Source: an uncultured Solibacteraceae bacterium (GTDB taxonomy: Bacteria; Acidobacteriota; Vicinamibacteria; Vicinamibacterales; SCN-69-37). From it: a stretch of 42,414 nt of DNA. Position 1 is the stretch's first letter; every line of letters begins with the position of its first letter. Made by a program: the position numbers and the translations under genes. Below, piece after piece: positions 8,493-16,702 of this stretch. The notes under the pieces are model-generated. The model had not been told where the DNA came from. It did no database searches and worked only from the letters and a program-made list of their open reading frames with translations. The stretch covers positions 1 to 42,414 of the forward strand of contig CAZFAT010000360.1 in assembly GCA_964517075.1 (NCBI GenBank), in the 5' to 3' direction.

Positions 8493-11400
8493 CTAGAATG
8501 TCACCCGTGCGGCGAGCCGGATCTGTCGCTCCGTGTAGGCGTCGTTGAACGAGAACACCTGCATGAAGGTGTTGCTGGACAGATTCCCGTCCGGCAGCCC
8601 GTACTTGGGCGTGTTCGTCGCGTTCAGCGCCTCGAGGCGGAGCTGGAGGCTGCGCGCGCCGCCCAGACGAATATTACGGAAGATGGAAAGGTCGAGATTG
8701 GCGCCGCCGGGCCCGCGGAACTGGTTGATGGTCGTGTTGCCAAGTCGCTGGTCGCCCGGCTGAAAGAACGCCAGCGGATCGTAGAAAACGCCGTCGCCGC
8801 CAACTTCCGCCGGCTTCAGCAGCTCGCCAATCAGATCCGCCGTCTGCACATTGCCGGGCGTGTTGAGCTCGGTGCCGTCCGCGCGGACCGTGAATGGCGC
8901 GCCGCTGAACGCGGTGACGATCGCGTTCACTTGCCAGTCGCTGAACAGCCCTCGCAGGGCCCCGTCGGCCCGGTCGCTCCGCCACGGGAGCGCCCACACG
9001 ATGCCCAGTGCGAACATGTGCGTCCGGTCGGTCGCGGACGGATGCCAGTTCCGGCCCGCGAATTCGGGCAGCTCGTACTCGCGACCCAGCATCATCGCCC
9101 GGCTGAGCGTGTAGGCGCCGCGCACCATCACGCCGTCGCGGAGGTAGCGGTGGAGGGCGATCTGAAGCGCGTGATATTCGCTGGACGTGTATCCGCGGAA
9201 CACGGTGATCGGCTGCGTCGTGAAGAACGGCGCGACGTTGTACGGCCGGTCGCCGGCCCCGCCACCGAGACGCTGCACGGCATTGATGTTGATGTCCGCC
9301 CAGCCCCCTCGTCCCTCGTTACCGACGTAGGCGACGTCGACCTGCATCTGGAGCGGCAGGGCGCGCTCGACGCCCAGGCTCCATGAGGCCAGGCGCGGAC
9401 GTTCCAGGGTGCCCGGCTCGAGCGTCCGCTGATCGGCCACGATCGCGGGCAGCGTCAGGCGCGCCGCATTCACGTCCGGCAACGGGATCGTGGGCAGCCC
9501 CTGGTCGAGCGTGGCAAACCACCCGAAGTTCTGGAGCGCCGCCGGCGCCAGGAACCGCGCGTTGATCGCCGCCGGATAGCTCCGGTCGCCGCGGAACGGC
9601 GAGGCCCAGGCGAGCGCGTCATACGTGAGGCCGAAACGGCCGCGGACCGTCGTGCGGGCATCCACCCGCCAGGTGGCCCCGACCCTGGGCGCGAAGTTGT
9701 CCGTGGGCGTCGCGAGTCCGAGGTTCTTCGCCACGCCGCCGCGGCCGCCGACGAGGACTTCGAGCGTGGCTAGGTCGGTCATCTCGAGACCGCGCCCCTC
9801 GCGCCCCATGAGCGGGTAGGTCTCCCAGCGCAGCCCGGCATCGACCGTGAGACGGGATGACACGGCCCACCGGTCGTGCACGAACAGGGCATGCTGCGAC
9901 TCGCGCGTCGTGAACAACTCGGTCTGGATGCTCTTGCCGGCCGTGCCGACGAGCCCCAGCAGGAATGCCGCGTAGGTGTTGTACGCGTTGGCGGACTGCT
10001 GACCGCCGCCGCCAAGGCGCGTCGCATTGGACGCGAACTGGAGGCTGCCGCGCGGGTTCTGCCGCTCCGGCTGCCAGTGGTCGAGCGCGAATCGGTTCAG
10101 CGCATACCCGGCGCGGACCTCGTGCGCGCCCAGGGACTTCGTCACGTGCGCGCCGGCCGTGATCGTCCGCTCGTCGCGCGTCTGCGGCGCCCACGTCGGC
10201 GTCGTACCAATCGTGCTGAAGCCCGTCGCCAGACTCGGCAGCCCCTGATACCGCTCCGGGAACGGGATGTCGGCACGCCCCTGGTGGTTCGTCCCCGGGA
10301 TGCCCAGCACCTCCAGTCCGTAGTGCCCGAGAAACGAGTCCGATGAGTTGACGTGCTGCCCGAGCGTCGTCACGCCGACCGACGCGTCGACGACCGTCGT
10401 GCCATTGAGCACCCATCGCGACCCGCCCGCCACCTGCCATACATTGGTCACACCGCCGTCCTCGTCGACCGGATCGATCGGGAACACCCACCGATCGTCC
10501 ACCACGGCGTGCATGCGGCTGACCCGTCCCCACGCGTGCGCCTCATTCGACGGGTTGACGCTGATCTTCGCGTCCACGTTGTGCCGGTTGGTCGCGCTCG
10601 TCTCGACGCGGCCGAAATTGTTGTTCAGCCCCGCGCGGCCGCTCCCCTGAAGATTCGGCCGCGGGTAGAGGGCGAGGATCCTGTCCGCAATCGGGTGGAC
10701 CCGGGCGGGATCGATGACGTTCAGGCCCGTGCTGCACGTGGCACACGCCGGCGGGCCCACATAGCTGAACTGCGAGCGGCCGGTGCCCGTTCCCGTGTTC
10801 GCGCCGGGGGTGAGCGGATCGTAGATCCGCTGCAGGCTGCCGCTGCCATTGAGGGCCTGACTGAAATCGCCATGGCGCAGACGCTCATCGGGCACGCTGT
10901 AGAACCGGAACGCGCTCGCGCGGCTGAAATATCCTTCGTAGGACCCGAACGCAAACAGGCGATTCCGCACCAGGGGACCGCCCGCCGTGCCTCCAATCGT
11001 GTGGCGCTCGATCGGCACCTTTCTCGACCCAAACGGCGACGAGTTCAGGTCCTCATTGTTGAAGAACTCGAAGGCCGACCCCCGCAGCACGTTCGTGCCG
11101 GACTTCATCGTCACATCGATCGTCGGCCCCGCGGACAGGCCCTCCGTGGCGTCGCCCACTCCCGTGGTGACGCCGACCGCCTCAATGGCCTCCGCCGGCG
11201 GGACGTACACCGTGTGCGCAGGCAGCCACAGATTGACGTTCGTCTGGCCGTCCAGTCTCGTACGAATCCTCGGTCCCGACTCGCCGTTCAGCCGCAACGT
11301 CAGCGACCTCTGCGGCGTGTCGTTCTCCGCGTTGGCGAACGTCGGCGGCAGCGCACCCGGCAGGAGGATGATGAGCGACTGGTAGTTGCGAAATGGATTG

Positions 11401-11579
11401 AGCGGGAGGTTTTCCAGCTCGGCCGGCGTCAGAGTCCCGGGCACAGGCGCCGACTCCGCGGGAGGTGCGGCCGGTCGCTCCTGCGCAGACAAGCGCGGCG
11501 GAGAGGCCATCGCGATCAGACCTGCGAGGCCGAGGGTGAGATACCGCCAGCCCGCCGACCTGAAGGTCGGCAACTCCAT
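8493..11579 (-). CDS. TonB-dependent receptor-like outer membrane protein (plug + large beta-barrel)
   Basis: The C-terminus RQIRLAARVTF ends in Phe, a barrel signature. Plug-like motifs LPLNPFRNYQSLIILLPG and TMKSGTNVLRGSAFEFFNNEDLNS. Start chosen at ATG 11579, giving the signal peptide MELPTFRSAGWRYLTLGLAGLIAMASPPRLSA/QE. The alternative is GTG 11636. Confidence 0.8.
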   Translation of the reverse strand: MELPTFRSAGWRYLTLGLAGLIAMASPPRLSAQERPAAPPAESAPVPGTLTPAELENLPLNPFRNYQSLIILLPGALPPTFANAENDTPQRSLTLRLNGESGPRIRTRLDGQTNVNLWLPAHTVYVPPAEAIEAVGVTTGVGDATEGLSAGPTIDVTMKSGTNVLRGSAFEFFNNEDLNSSPFGSRKVPIERHTIGGTAGGPLVRNRLFAFGSYEGYFSRASAFRFYSVPDERLRHGDFSQALNGSGSLQRIYDPLTPGANTGTGTGRSQFSYVGPPACATCSTGLNVIDPARVHPIADRILALYPRPNLQGSGRAGLNNNFGRVETSATNRHNVDAKISVNPSNEAHAWGRVSRMHAVVDDRWVFPIDPVDEDGGVTNVWQVAGGSRWVLNGTTVVDASVGVTTLGQHVNSSDSFLGHYGLEVLGIPGTNHQGRADIPFPERYQGLPSLATGFSTIGTTPTWAPQTRDERTITAGAHVTKSLGAHEVRAGYALNRFALDHWQPERQNPRGSLQFASNATRLGGGGQQSANAYNTYAAFLLGLVGTAGKSIQTELFTTRESQHALFVHDRWAVSSRLTVDAGLRWETYPLMGREGRGLEMTDLATLEVLVGGRGGVAKNLGLATPTDNFAPRVGATWRVDARTTVRGRFGLTYDALAWASPFRGDRSYPAAINARFLAPAALQNFGWFATLDQGLPTIPLPDVNAARLTLPAIVADQRTLEPGTLERPRLASWSLGVERALPLQMQVDVAYVGNEGRGGWADININAVQRLGGGAGDRPYNVAPFFTTQPITVFRGYTSSEYHALQIALHRYLRDGVMVRGAYTLSRAMMLGREYELPEFAGRNWHPSATDRTHMFALGIVWALPWRSDRADGALRGLFSDWQVNAIVTAFSGAPFTVRADGTELNTPGNVQTADLIGELLKPAEVGGDGVFYDPLAFFQPGDQRLGNTTINQFRGPGGANLDLSIFRNIRLGGARSLQLRLEALNATNTPKYGLPDGNLSSNTFMQVFSFNDAYTERQIRLAARVTF

Positions 11580-11610
11580 CGCAGCCGACGTGCAGGTCGG
11601 CGGCTCGATC
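11554..11610 (-). repeat. two tandem REP units (minus orientation) inside the 5' end of the receptor ORF
   Basis: On the minus strand: GATCGAG-CC-GCCGACCTGCACGTCGGC (11610-11584), then TGC, then GATGGAG-TT-GCCGACCTTCAGGTCGGC (11580-11554). Perfect 6-7 bp stems. Confidence 0.7.
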
Positions 11611-11637
11611 GTCGCCGCGCGTCCCTGGCGTGTCACG

Positions 11638-11672
11638 TCTGACTTCTAACGTCTGGCTTCTGACTTCTGACT
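11638..11672. repeat. heptamer array TCTGACT TCTAACG TCTGGCT TCTGACT TCTGACT
   Basis: Five contiguous 7-bp units read directly from the sequence. Low GC. A related copy lies at 27143-27158. Confidence 0.65.
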
Positions 11673-11680
11673 GGGTTCAC

Positions 11681-11708
11681 GGGGAGCCCGCGTCGCCGCA
11701 GGCTCCCC
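11681..11708 (-). terminator. stem-loop downstream of the DUF1080 gene
   Basis: GGGGAGCC-N12-GGCTCCCC forms a perfect 8-bp GC stem 11 nt after the stop at 11719. No clear U-tract. Confidence 0.35.
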
Positions 11709-11718
11709 CGAGCGTGTG

Positions 11719-12747
11719 CTAGTTGCCAGGCTTCGTGATGGGCGTCACGGTGAACTTGCGGAACGAAATGTCGCCGGCGTGGTCGCCCTGGAGCATGAAC
11801 GGACCGGGCGCCGTTTCATCGTTGTCCATCGCCCCGCCCGTAATGCCGATGACTTCCACGTTGTCGTGGATCCTCTGTCCGTTGAGCGTCGTGCTGAGAC
11901 GGTTGCCGACGAGGATGATTTCCACCGTCTGCCATTCACCGGCAGGCTTGCTGGCGTTCATCGTCGGTGTTGACCGGTGGTAGTACGACATGTTGCCGCC
12001 GGGGGACGCCGGCTTGCCGAAGTCGTCCATCAACTGCATCTCGTAGCGCCCGCGGAGGTAGATCCCGCCGTTGCTCCCGGTGCCGACACGGAACTCGGCC
12101 TCGAGCTTGAAGTCCTGGAACGACTGCTTCGACCGGAGGTTCTGTCCCTGCTCGGGCTTCGTCATGACGCCGTTGACGATCGACCACCCCGCCGGCCGGT
12201 TCGAGGGAATGAATTCCCACGCGTCCATGGTCTTGCCATCGACGAGCGCGACCGGCGTGCCATAGGCGTGCTTGCCGTTGGCATTGAGCGCCGGCCAGGT
12301 CGGCCGGCGGACGCCAACGAAGTTGACGACGCGCGGCGCCGGTGGAGGCGCCGCCGGCGTCGCGGCCGCCCCGCCAGCGGCGGCCCCGCCACGGCGGCCG
12401 CCCTGCGCGGCCTGATACGAGCCCACGAGCTTGCCCCCCTCGACGCGGGCGCGGTACTCCGTCCCCTGCGGCACCAGCTTGTCATTCCCGCGCTGGAACA
12501 GCAGTTCACCGTTCTCGACGCGGACGTACACGAGCGGCATCGCGTGACCGGATCCGGCGAGAAAGCTGCCCGTGAGCTTGCCACCTTCGTCCTTGATTCC
12601 GAGCCAGTGGTTGTCCATCGACGCATCGGGCCCGGTCCCCGAGATGTTCCAGGAGCCGACGAAGGGATTGGACTGCGCGGCCGGCCCCGGAGCCGCCGCG
12701 AGAAGGAACCCGGCGACCAGCGCCGGCAGACACATATGTCGATTCAC
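11719..12747 (-). CDS. 3-keto-disaccharide hydrolase domain (DUF1080) protein, secreted
   Basis: GTG 12747 with AAGGAG 7 nt upstream, then a signal peptide. The C-terminal half (FQDFKLEAEFRVGTGSNGGIYLRGRYEMQLMD, GEWQTVEIILVGNRLSTTLNGQRIHDN) is typical of DUF1080. An N-terminal extra domain is joined by a G/R/A/P-rich linker. Confidence 0.8.
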   Translation of the reverse strand: MNRHMCLPALVAGFLLAAAPGPAAQSNPFVGSWNISGTGPDASMDNHWLGIKDEGGKLTGSFLAGSGHAMPLVYVRVENGELLFQRGNDKLVPQGTEYRARVEGGKLVGSYQAAQGGRRGGAAAGGAAATPAAPPPAPRVVNFVGVRRPTWPALNANGKHAYGTPVALVDGKTMDAWEFIPSNRPAGWSIVNGVMTKPEQGQNLRSKQSFQDFKLEAEFRVGTGSNGGIYLRGRYEMQLMDDFGKPASPGGNMSYYHRSTPTMNASKPAGEWQTVEIILVGNRLSTTLNGQRIHDNVEVIGITGGAMDNDETAPGPFMLQGDHAGDISFRKFTVTPITKPGN

Positions 12748-12767
12748 AAAGACGCTCCTTTTGCTGT

Positions 12768-14480
12768 CTACGAAAGCTTGTAGGGTGCCCGGTAGTCACG
12801 GGAGAGGAAGTGGTTCAGATCCTCACCCTTGAGACCCGTGTTGGTGATCCGCATGTTCGCGCCGTCGTAGTGGATCTTCTGACCCGCGCGGAGCGCCGCG
12901 ATACCGAGCAGCATGATCTCGGTCAGGTGCGCCGAGTACGCGAAGGGCGCGGAGATCTGATCGCGGCCGCGAATCGCGTTGATCCAGTTCATCTCGTGGG
13001 ACTGATACGGCACGCGCGCCATCTTCTCGGGCGGCGGACCGTACGAGTTGTGCAGCGAGATCGGCAGCAGCCGCGGCTGCGCGCCGTACTCGTTCTGCAG
13101 CATCTTCCCTTTGCTGCCGATGTACAGCACGCCGCCCTGCGCGAGCAGACGCTGGTTCCCCATTTCCTCGGGCCGTGCCGGCTGCAGTCCGCCGTCGTAC
13201 CACGTCATCTTGGCCGGCGGCATCCCGTCGCGCGCGGGAAACTCGTAGTAGGTCGTCGTCGCCGACGGGTAGCTCGCGCCGTTGAACGCCGACGCCAGCG
13301 TCTCGATCGTGGTCGGGTAGCCGAGCTTCAAGCCCCACACGGGATGATCGACCAGGTGGGCGCCCATGTCGCCGAGCGCGCCCTGCCCCCAGTCCACCCA
13401 GCCGCGCCAGTTGAAGGGGTGATAGATCGGGTGATAGTCCACGACGGGCGCCACGCCGAGAAACATGTCCCAGTCGAGATCCTTCGGCACGGGCACGGTG
13501 CCGAAGGCACCGGCCACGCGCCGACTCACCGCCTGCGTGCCCCACCCGGTGATGTCCCCGCTCGCGGCCGCGGGACGCGGCACACCCTGCGGCCAGACCG
13601 GACGATTGGTCCAGACGTGGACCTCGCGGATCTCGCCGATGGCGCCGGCCATCAGGTACTCCTGGCCGCGACGCGCGCCGTCCTGCGAGTGGCCCTGGTT
13701 GCCCATCTGCGTGACGATCTTCGGGTTCGCCGCCGCCTGCTGCATCAGATGTCGGGCTTCGTGCACCGACCAGCACAGCGGCTTCTGCACGTACACGTGC
13801 TTGCCGAGCGCCATCGCGGCCGAGGCGATCACGGCGTGCGTGTGATCGGGCGTCGCGACGATGACCGCGTCGATGTCCTTCTGCTTCTCGAGCATGACGC
13901 GGTAGTCGCGGTAGGTGGCCAACCGCGGCAGTTGTTCCTTGACGAACCGCGTAACCCGCTCCGGCTGCGACGGCTGCGTCCATTTCTGGTCGGCCTCCGC
14001 CTGCAGCTTCGACTGGCCGAAGTTCTGCCAGGTCTCCGGCGGAGGTTCCGGCGCAATCGCCGTGGCCGTGCCGCCGCGTCCTGCGCCGACTGCGGCGGCT
14101 CCACCGCCCCCTCGGCCTCCGCCGCCTCCCCGGCCACCGCCAGCGCCTCGTCCCCGGCCGGCCTGGGGACCGGCCGCGGCCTGCTCGGCGCTGTTCTTCC
14201 AGTTGGCGCGTGACCGCTCGAGCAGCGAGTCGTCACAATCGCAGATGGCCACGATATTCTGACTGAGCACGGCATTCGTGTTCGAATTGCCCTGACCGCC
14301 GATGCCGACCGTCGCCACGTTGACGAGATCGCTCGGGGGTGTCTGCCCCTGGCCGAGCACGTGACGCGGCACGATCATGAAACCGGTGCCCGTCACCAGT
14401 GCCGACTGCACAAACCGCCGACGCGAGACGCCTGACGCCCCTGACGGTGTCCCAGGATCGTGAAGATCACGGTCGCTCAT
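12768..14480 (-). CDS. Tat-signal Gfo/Idh/MocA family oxidoreductase with G/R-rich insertion
   Basis: ATG 14480 with GAGGGAG 8 nt upstream; the track start at 14546 is rejected. Twin-arginine motif SRRRFVQSAL. VATVGIGGQGNSN (Rossmann fold), DAVIVATPDHTHA and HVYVQKPL are also present. About 20 bp from the downstream DUF1080 gene, so probably an operon. Confidence 0.85.
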   Translation of the reverse strand: MSDRDLHDPGTPSGASGVSRRRFVQSALVTGTGFMIVPRHVLGQGQTPPSDLVNVATVGIGGQGNSNTNAVLSQNIVAICDCDDSLLERSRANWKNSAEQAAAGPQAGRGRGAGGGRGGGGGRGGGGAAAVGAGRGGTATAIAPEPPPETWQNFGQSKLQAEADQKWTQPSQPERVTRFVKEQLPRLATYRDYRVMLEKQKDIDAVIVATPDHTHAVIASAAMALGKHVYVQKPLCWSVHEARHLMQQAAANPKIVTQMGNQGHSQDGARRGQEYLMAGAIGEIREVHVWTNRPVWPQGVPRPAAASGDITGWGTQAVSRRVAGAFGTVPVPKDLDWDMFLGVAPVVDYHPIYHPFNWRGWVDWGQGALGDMGAHLVDHPVWGLKLGYPTTIETLASAFNGASYPSATTTYYEFPARDGMPPAKMTWYDGGLQPARPEEMGNQRLLAQGGVLYIGSKGKMLQNEYGAQPRLLPISLHNSYGPPPEKMARVPYQSHEMNWINAIRGRDQISAPFAYSAHLTEIMLLGIAALRAGQKIHYDGANMRITNTGLKGEDLNHFLSRDYRAPYKLS

Positions 14481-14596
14481 ACGTCGTTCTCCCTCGGACA
14501 ATTCCGAACACCAGTCTTTCCAGCCCGGATCGGGACACGCTCTCATGGCTGGACCACCCCGGTCAAGAGAACCAGACCACGGAACCCCCCGAAATG

Positions 14597-14617
14597 GAGC
14601 GGCGGACCGTGCCGCTC
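14597..14617 (-). terminator. stem-loop overlapping the pruA stop
   Basis: On the minus strand, GAGCGGC-ACGGTCC-GCCGCTC followed by CATTTCG. 7-bp stem. Confidence 0.3.
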
Positions 14618-16244
14618 ATGACGCCCCCATGAACGGATACTCGAACGACGTGGGCGGCACGAACGTTTCCTTGATGGTGCGCGCGCTCACCCACCGTGTC
14701 AGGTTCAGTTTGGACCCCGCCTTGTCGTTGGTCCCCGAGGCGCGCGCGCCGCCGAACGGCTGCTGGCCGACGACGGCGCCGGTCGGCTTGTCGTTGATAT
14801 AGAAGTTCCCCGCCGCCTGGCGCAGGACGCGCATGGCCTCCCCCACCGCGCGGCGATCGCGCGCAAAGACCGCCCCCGTCAAGGCGTACGGGGACGTCCG
14901 ATCGACGAGGTTCAGCGTCGCGGTCCACTGCCGGTCGGCGTACACGTAGGCCGTCACGACCGGTCCGAAGATCTCCTCCCGCAGCAGCCGGTGCGAAGGA
15001 TTCGACGTCTGCACCAGCGTCGGTTCGATGAAGTAACCCTTCCGGTCGTCCGCGCCGCCTCCCTGCAGAATCTTCGCGGTGCGCTTCGCCTCGCCGACAT
15101 ACCCGACGATGCGATCGAACGCCGGCTTGTCGATCACCGCGCCCATGAAATTGCGGAAGTCGCGCACGTCCCCCAGACGGATCGCCTGCATCATCGCGAG
15201 GACGCGGTCGCGCACGGCCTTCCACAAGGACTGCGGCACGTAGATGCGGCTCGCCGCGGAGCACTTCTGCCCCTGGTATTCGAACCCGCCGCGGACGATG
15301 GCGACCGCCACGGACTCCGGATCCGCCGACGGATGAACGACGATGAAATCCTTGCCCCCGGTTTCGCCGACGAGCCGTGGATACGACCGGTAGGTCGCGA
15401 TCGACTCGCCCACGGTCCGCCACAGACCCTGGAACACCCCGGTGCTGCCCGTGAAATGGATTCCCGCCAGATCGGGGGATGCGAGGAGGGCGCGCGTAAT
15501 CATCGGCGCGTCGCCCGGCACGAAGTTGAGGACGCCTGGCGGGAGCCCGGCCGCCTCGAGGAGCCGCATGATGTAGTAGCCGCTCAGCATCGCGCTCGAC
15601 GCCGGCTTCCAGATCGCCACGTTGCCCATCAGGATGGGCGCGGTCGGCAGGTTCCCTGCGATCGCGGTGAAGTTGAACGGCGACACCGCGTAGACGAAGC
15701 CCTCGAGCGGGCGGTACTCGAGCCGGTTCCACACGCCGGGCGAACTCAGCGGCTGCTCGGCATACAGCGCGGCCGCGTAGCTGACGTTGAAGCGCCAGAA
15801 GTCCACCAGCTCGCAGGCCGCGTCGATCTCGGCCTGGAAGGCCGTCTTCGCCTGGCCGAGCATCGTCGCGGCGTTCAGGGTCGGCCGCCAGGTGGTGGCG
15901 GCCAGATCGGCGGCCTTCAGCAGGACGGCCGCGCGGTCGTCGAACGACCACGAGGACCACTCGCGGCGGGCTTTCGCGGCGGCGGCCATCGCCTGCCGCA
16001 CGTGCCTGGTCTCCGCCTGGTGCCAGTCGGCCAGCACGTGGCGGTGCGCGCACGGCATCACGCTCTGACGCGTTGCGCCGGTCCGGATCTCCTGCCCGCC
16101 GATGATGACCGGAATGTCCGCGCGTTCACCCGCCATCGACGCGAGGCGCGCTTTCAGCGCCGCGCGATCGGCCGATCCCGGCTCATAGCTCCGCACGGGT
16201 TCGTTGACGGCGGCAGGGACCGTGGTGATGCCGGGGTGGGGCAT
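14616..16244 (-). CDS. pruA: L-glutamate gamma-semialdehyde (1-pyrroline-5-carboxylate) dehydrogenase
   Basis: 542 aa aldehyde dehydrogenase with GETGGKDF and FEYQGQKCSAASR (catalytic Cys). The N- and C-terminal regions (NEPVRSYEPGS, FYINDKPTGAVVGQQPFGGARASGTNDKAG) are characteristic of single-domain P5C dehydrogenases. Confidence 0.9.
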   Translation of the reverse strand: MPHPGITTVPAAVNEPVRSYEPGSADRAALKARLASMAGERADIPVIIGGQEIRTGATRQSVMPCAHRHVLADWHQAETRHVRQAMAAAAKARREWSSWSFDDRAAVLLKAADLAATTWRPTLNAATMLGQAKTAFQAEIDAACELVDFWRFNVSYAAALYAEQPLSSPGVWNRLEYRPLEGFVYAVSPFNFTAIAGNLPTAPILMGNVAIWKPASSAMLSGYYIMRLLEAAGLPPGVLNFVPGDAPMITRALLASPDLAGIHFTGSTGVFQGLWRTVGESIATYRSYPRLVGETGGKDFIVVHPSADPESVAVAIVRGGFEYQGQKCSAASRIYVPQSLWKAVRDRVLAMMQAIRLGDVRDFRNFMGAVIDKPAFDRIVGYVGEAKRTAKILQGGGADDRKGYFIEPTLVQTSNPSHRLLREEIFGPVVTAYVYADRQWTATLNLVDRTSPYALTGAVFARDRRAVGEAMRVLRQAAGNFYINDKPTGAVVGQQPFGGARASGTNDKAGSKLNLTRWVSARTIKETFVPPTSFEYPFMGAS

Positions 16245-16270
16245 TGGGACATTGTACGCGGGGGATGGCT

Positions 16271-16334
16271 CTCAATCGGCAATCATCAATCCGCCCATTC
16301 AATCCGCAATGGCTCGATCGAAGATCGTCAATGC
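16271..16334. repeat. CAAT array (mostly 7-bp phased) plus module CGATCGAAGATCGTCAATGC
   Basis: CAAT occurs at 16273, 16280, 16287, 16300 and 16307. The 3' module at 16315-16334 is homologous to 8456-8476. Confidence 0.6.
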
Positions 16335-16348
16335 CTTGAGCCTGTATC

Positions 16349-16702
16349 ATGTCCGTCGTGGAGATTCACGACCACCTCGCCAATCCCCACGTCGCGGTGC
16401 TCACGCTCGGCGGGCGACTGACCGTCAACGACGAACCCGGTCAACTGAAATCAGCCGTGGCGCGGGTCCTCAGCCAGGGCGCGCACCATGTCGTGCTCGA
16501 TCTCGCCGGGGTGCAGTACATCGACAGCACGCGCCTCGGCGAGCTCATTGCTTCCCACGTCGCCGTGAGTCGTCACGGCGGCCAGCTCAAGTTCGCACGG
16601 ACACCCGCCCGCGTCACGGAGTTGCTCGTCATGGCCGGTCTGGGCGATCTGTTCGAACAATTCGCATCCGTGGACGACGCGGTGGGGAGTGTGGGGGGTT
16701 AA
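16349..16702 (+). CDS. STAS-domain anti-sigma-factor antagonist (SpoIIAA-like)
   Basis: VVLDLAGVQYIDSTRLGELI contains the conserved D-S phospho-site context. Size is about 115 aa. The real start may be GTG 16358, because TATCAT at 16345-16350 overlaps ATG 16349. Confidence 0.8.
   Translation: MSVVEIHDHLANPHVAVLTLGGRLTVNDEPGQLKSAVARVLSQGAHHVVLDLAGVQYIDSTRLGELIASHVAVSRHGGQLKFARTPARVTELLVMAGLGDLFEQFASVDDAVGSVGG

Noticed and set aside
14070-14180. G-quadruplex potential of the G-tract-rich coding strand in the RGG insertion
   Set aside because: The G4 or longer runs are separated by about 20-nt loops, outside canonical G3+N1-7 spacing. Coding for Gly/Arg explains the composition.
14481-14546. 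Upstream ATG 14546 as the start of the Gfo/Idh/MocA gene
   Set aside because: It adds 22 residues (MRACPDPGWKDWCSELSEGERR) before the Tat n-region and has no SD. ATG 14480 has GAGGGAG at 8 nt.
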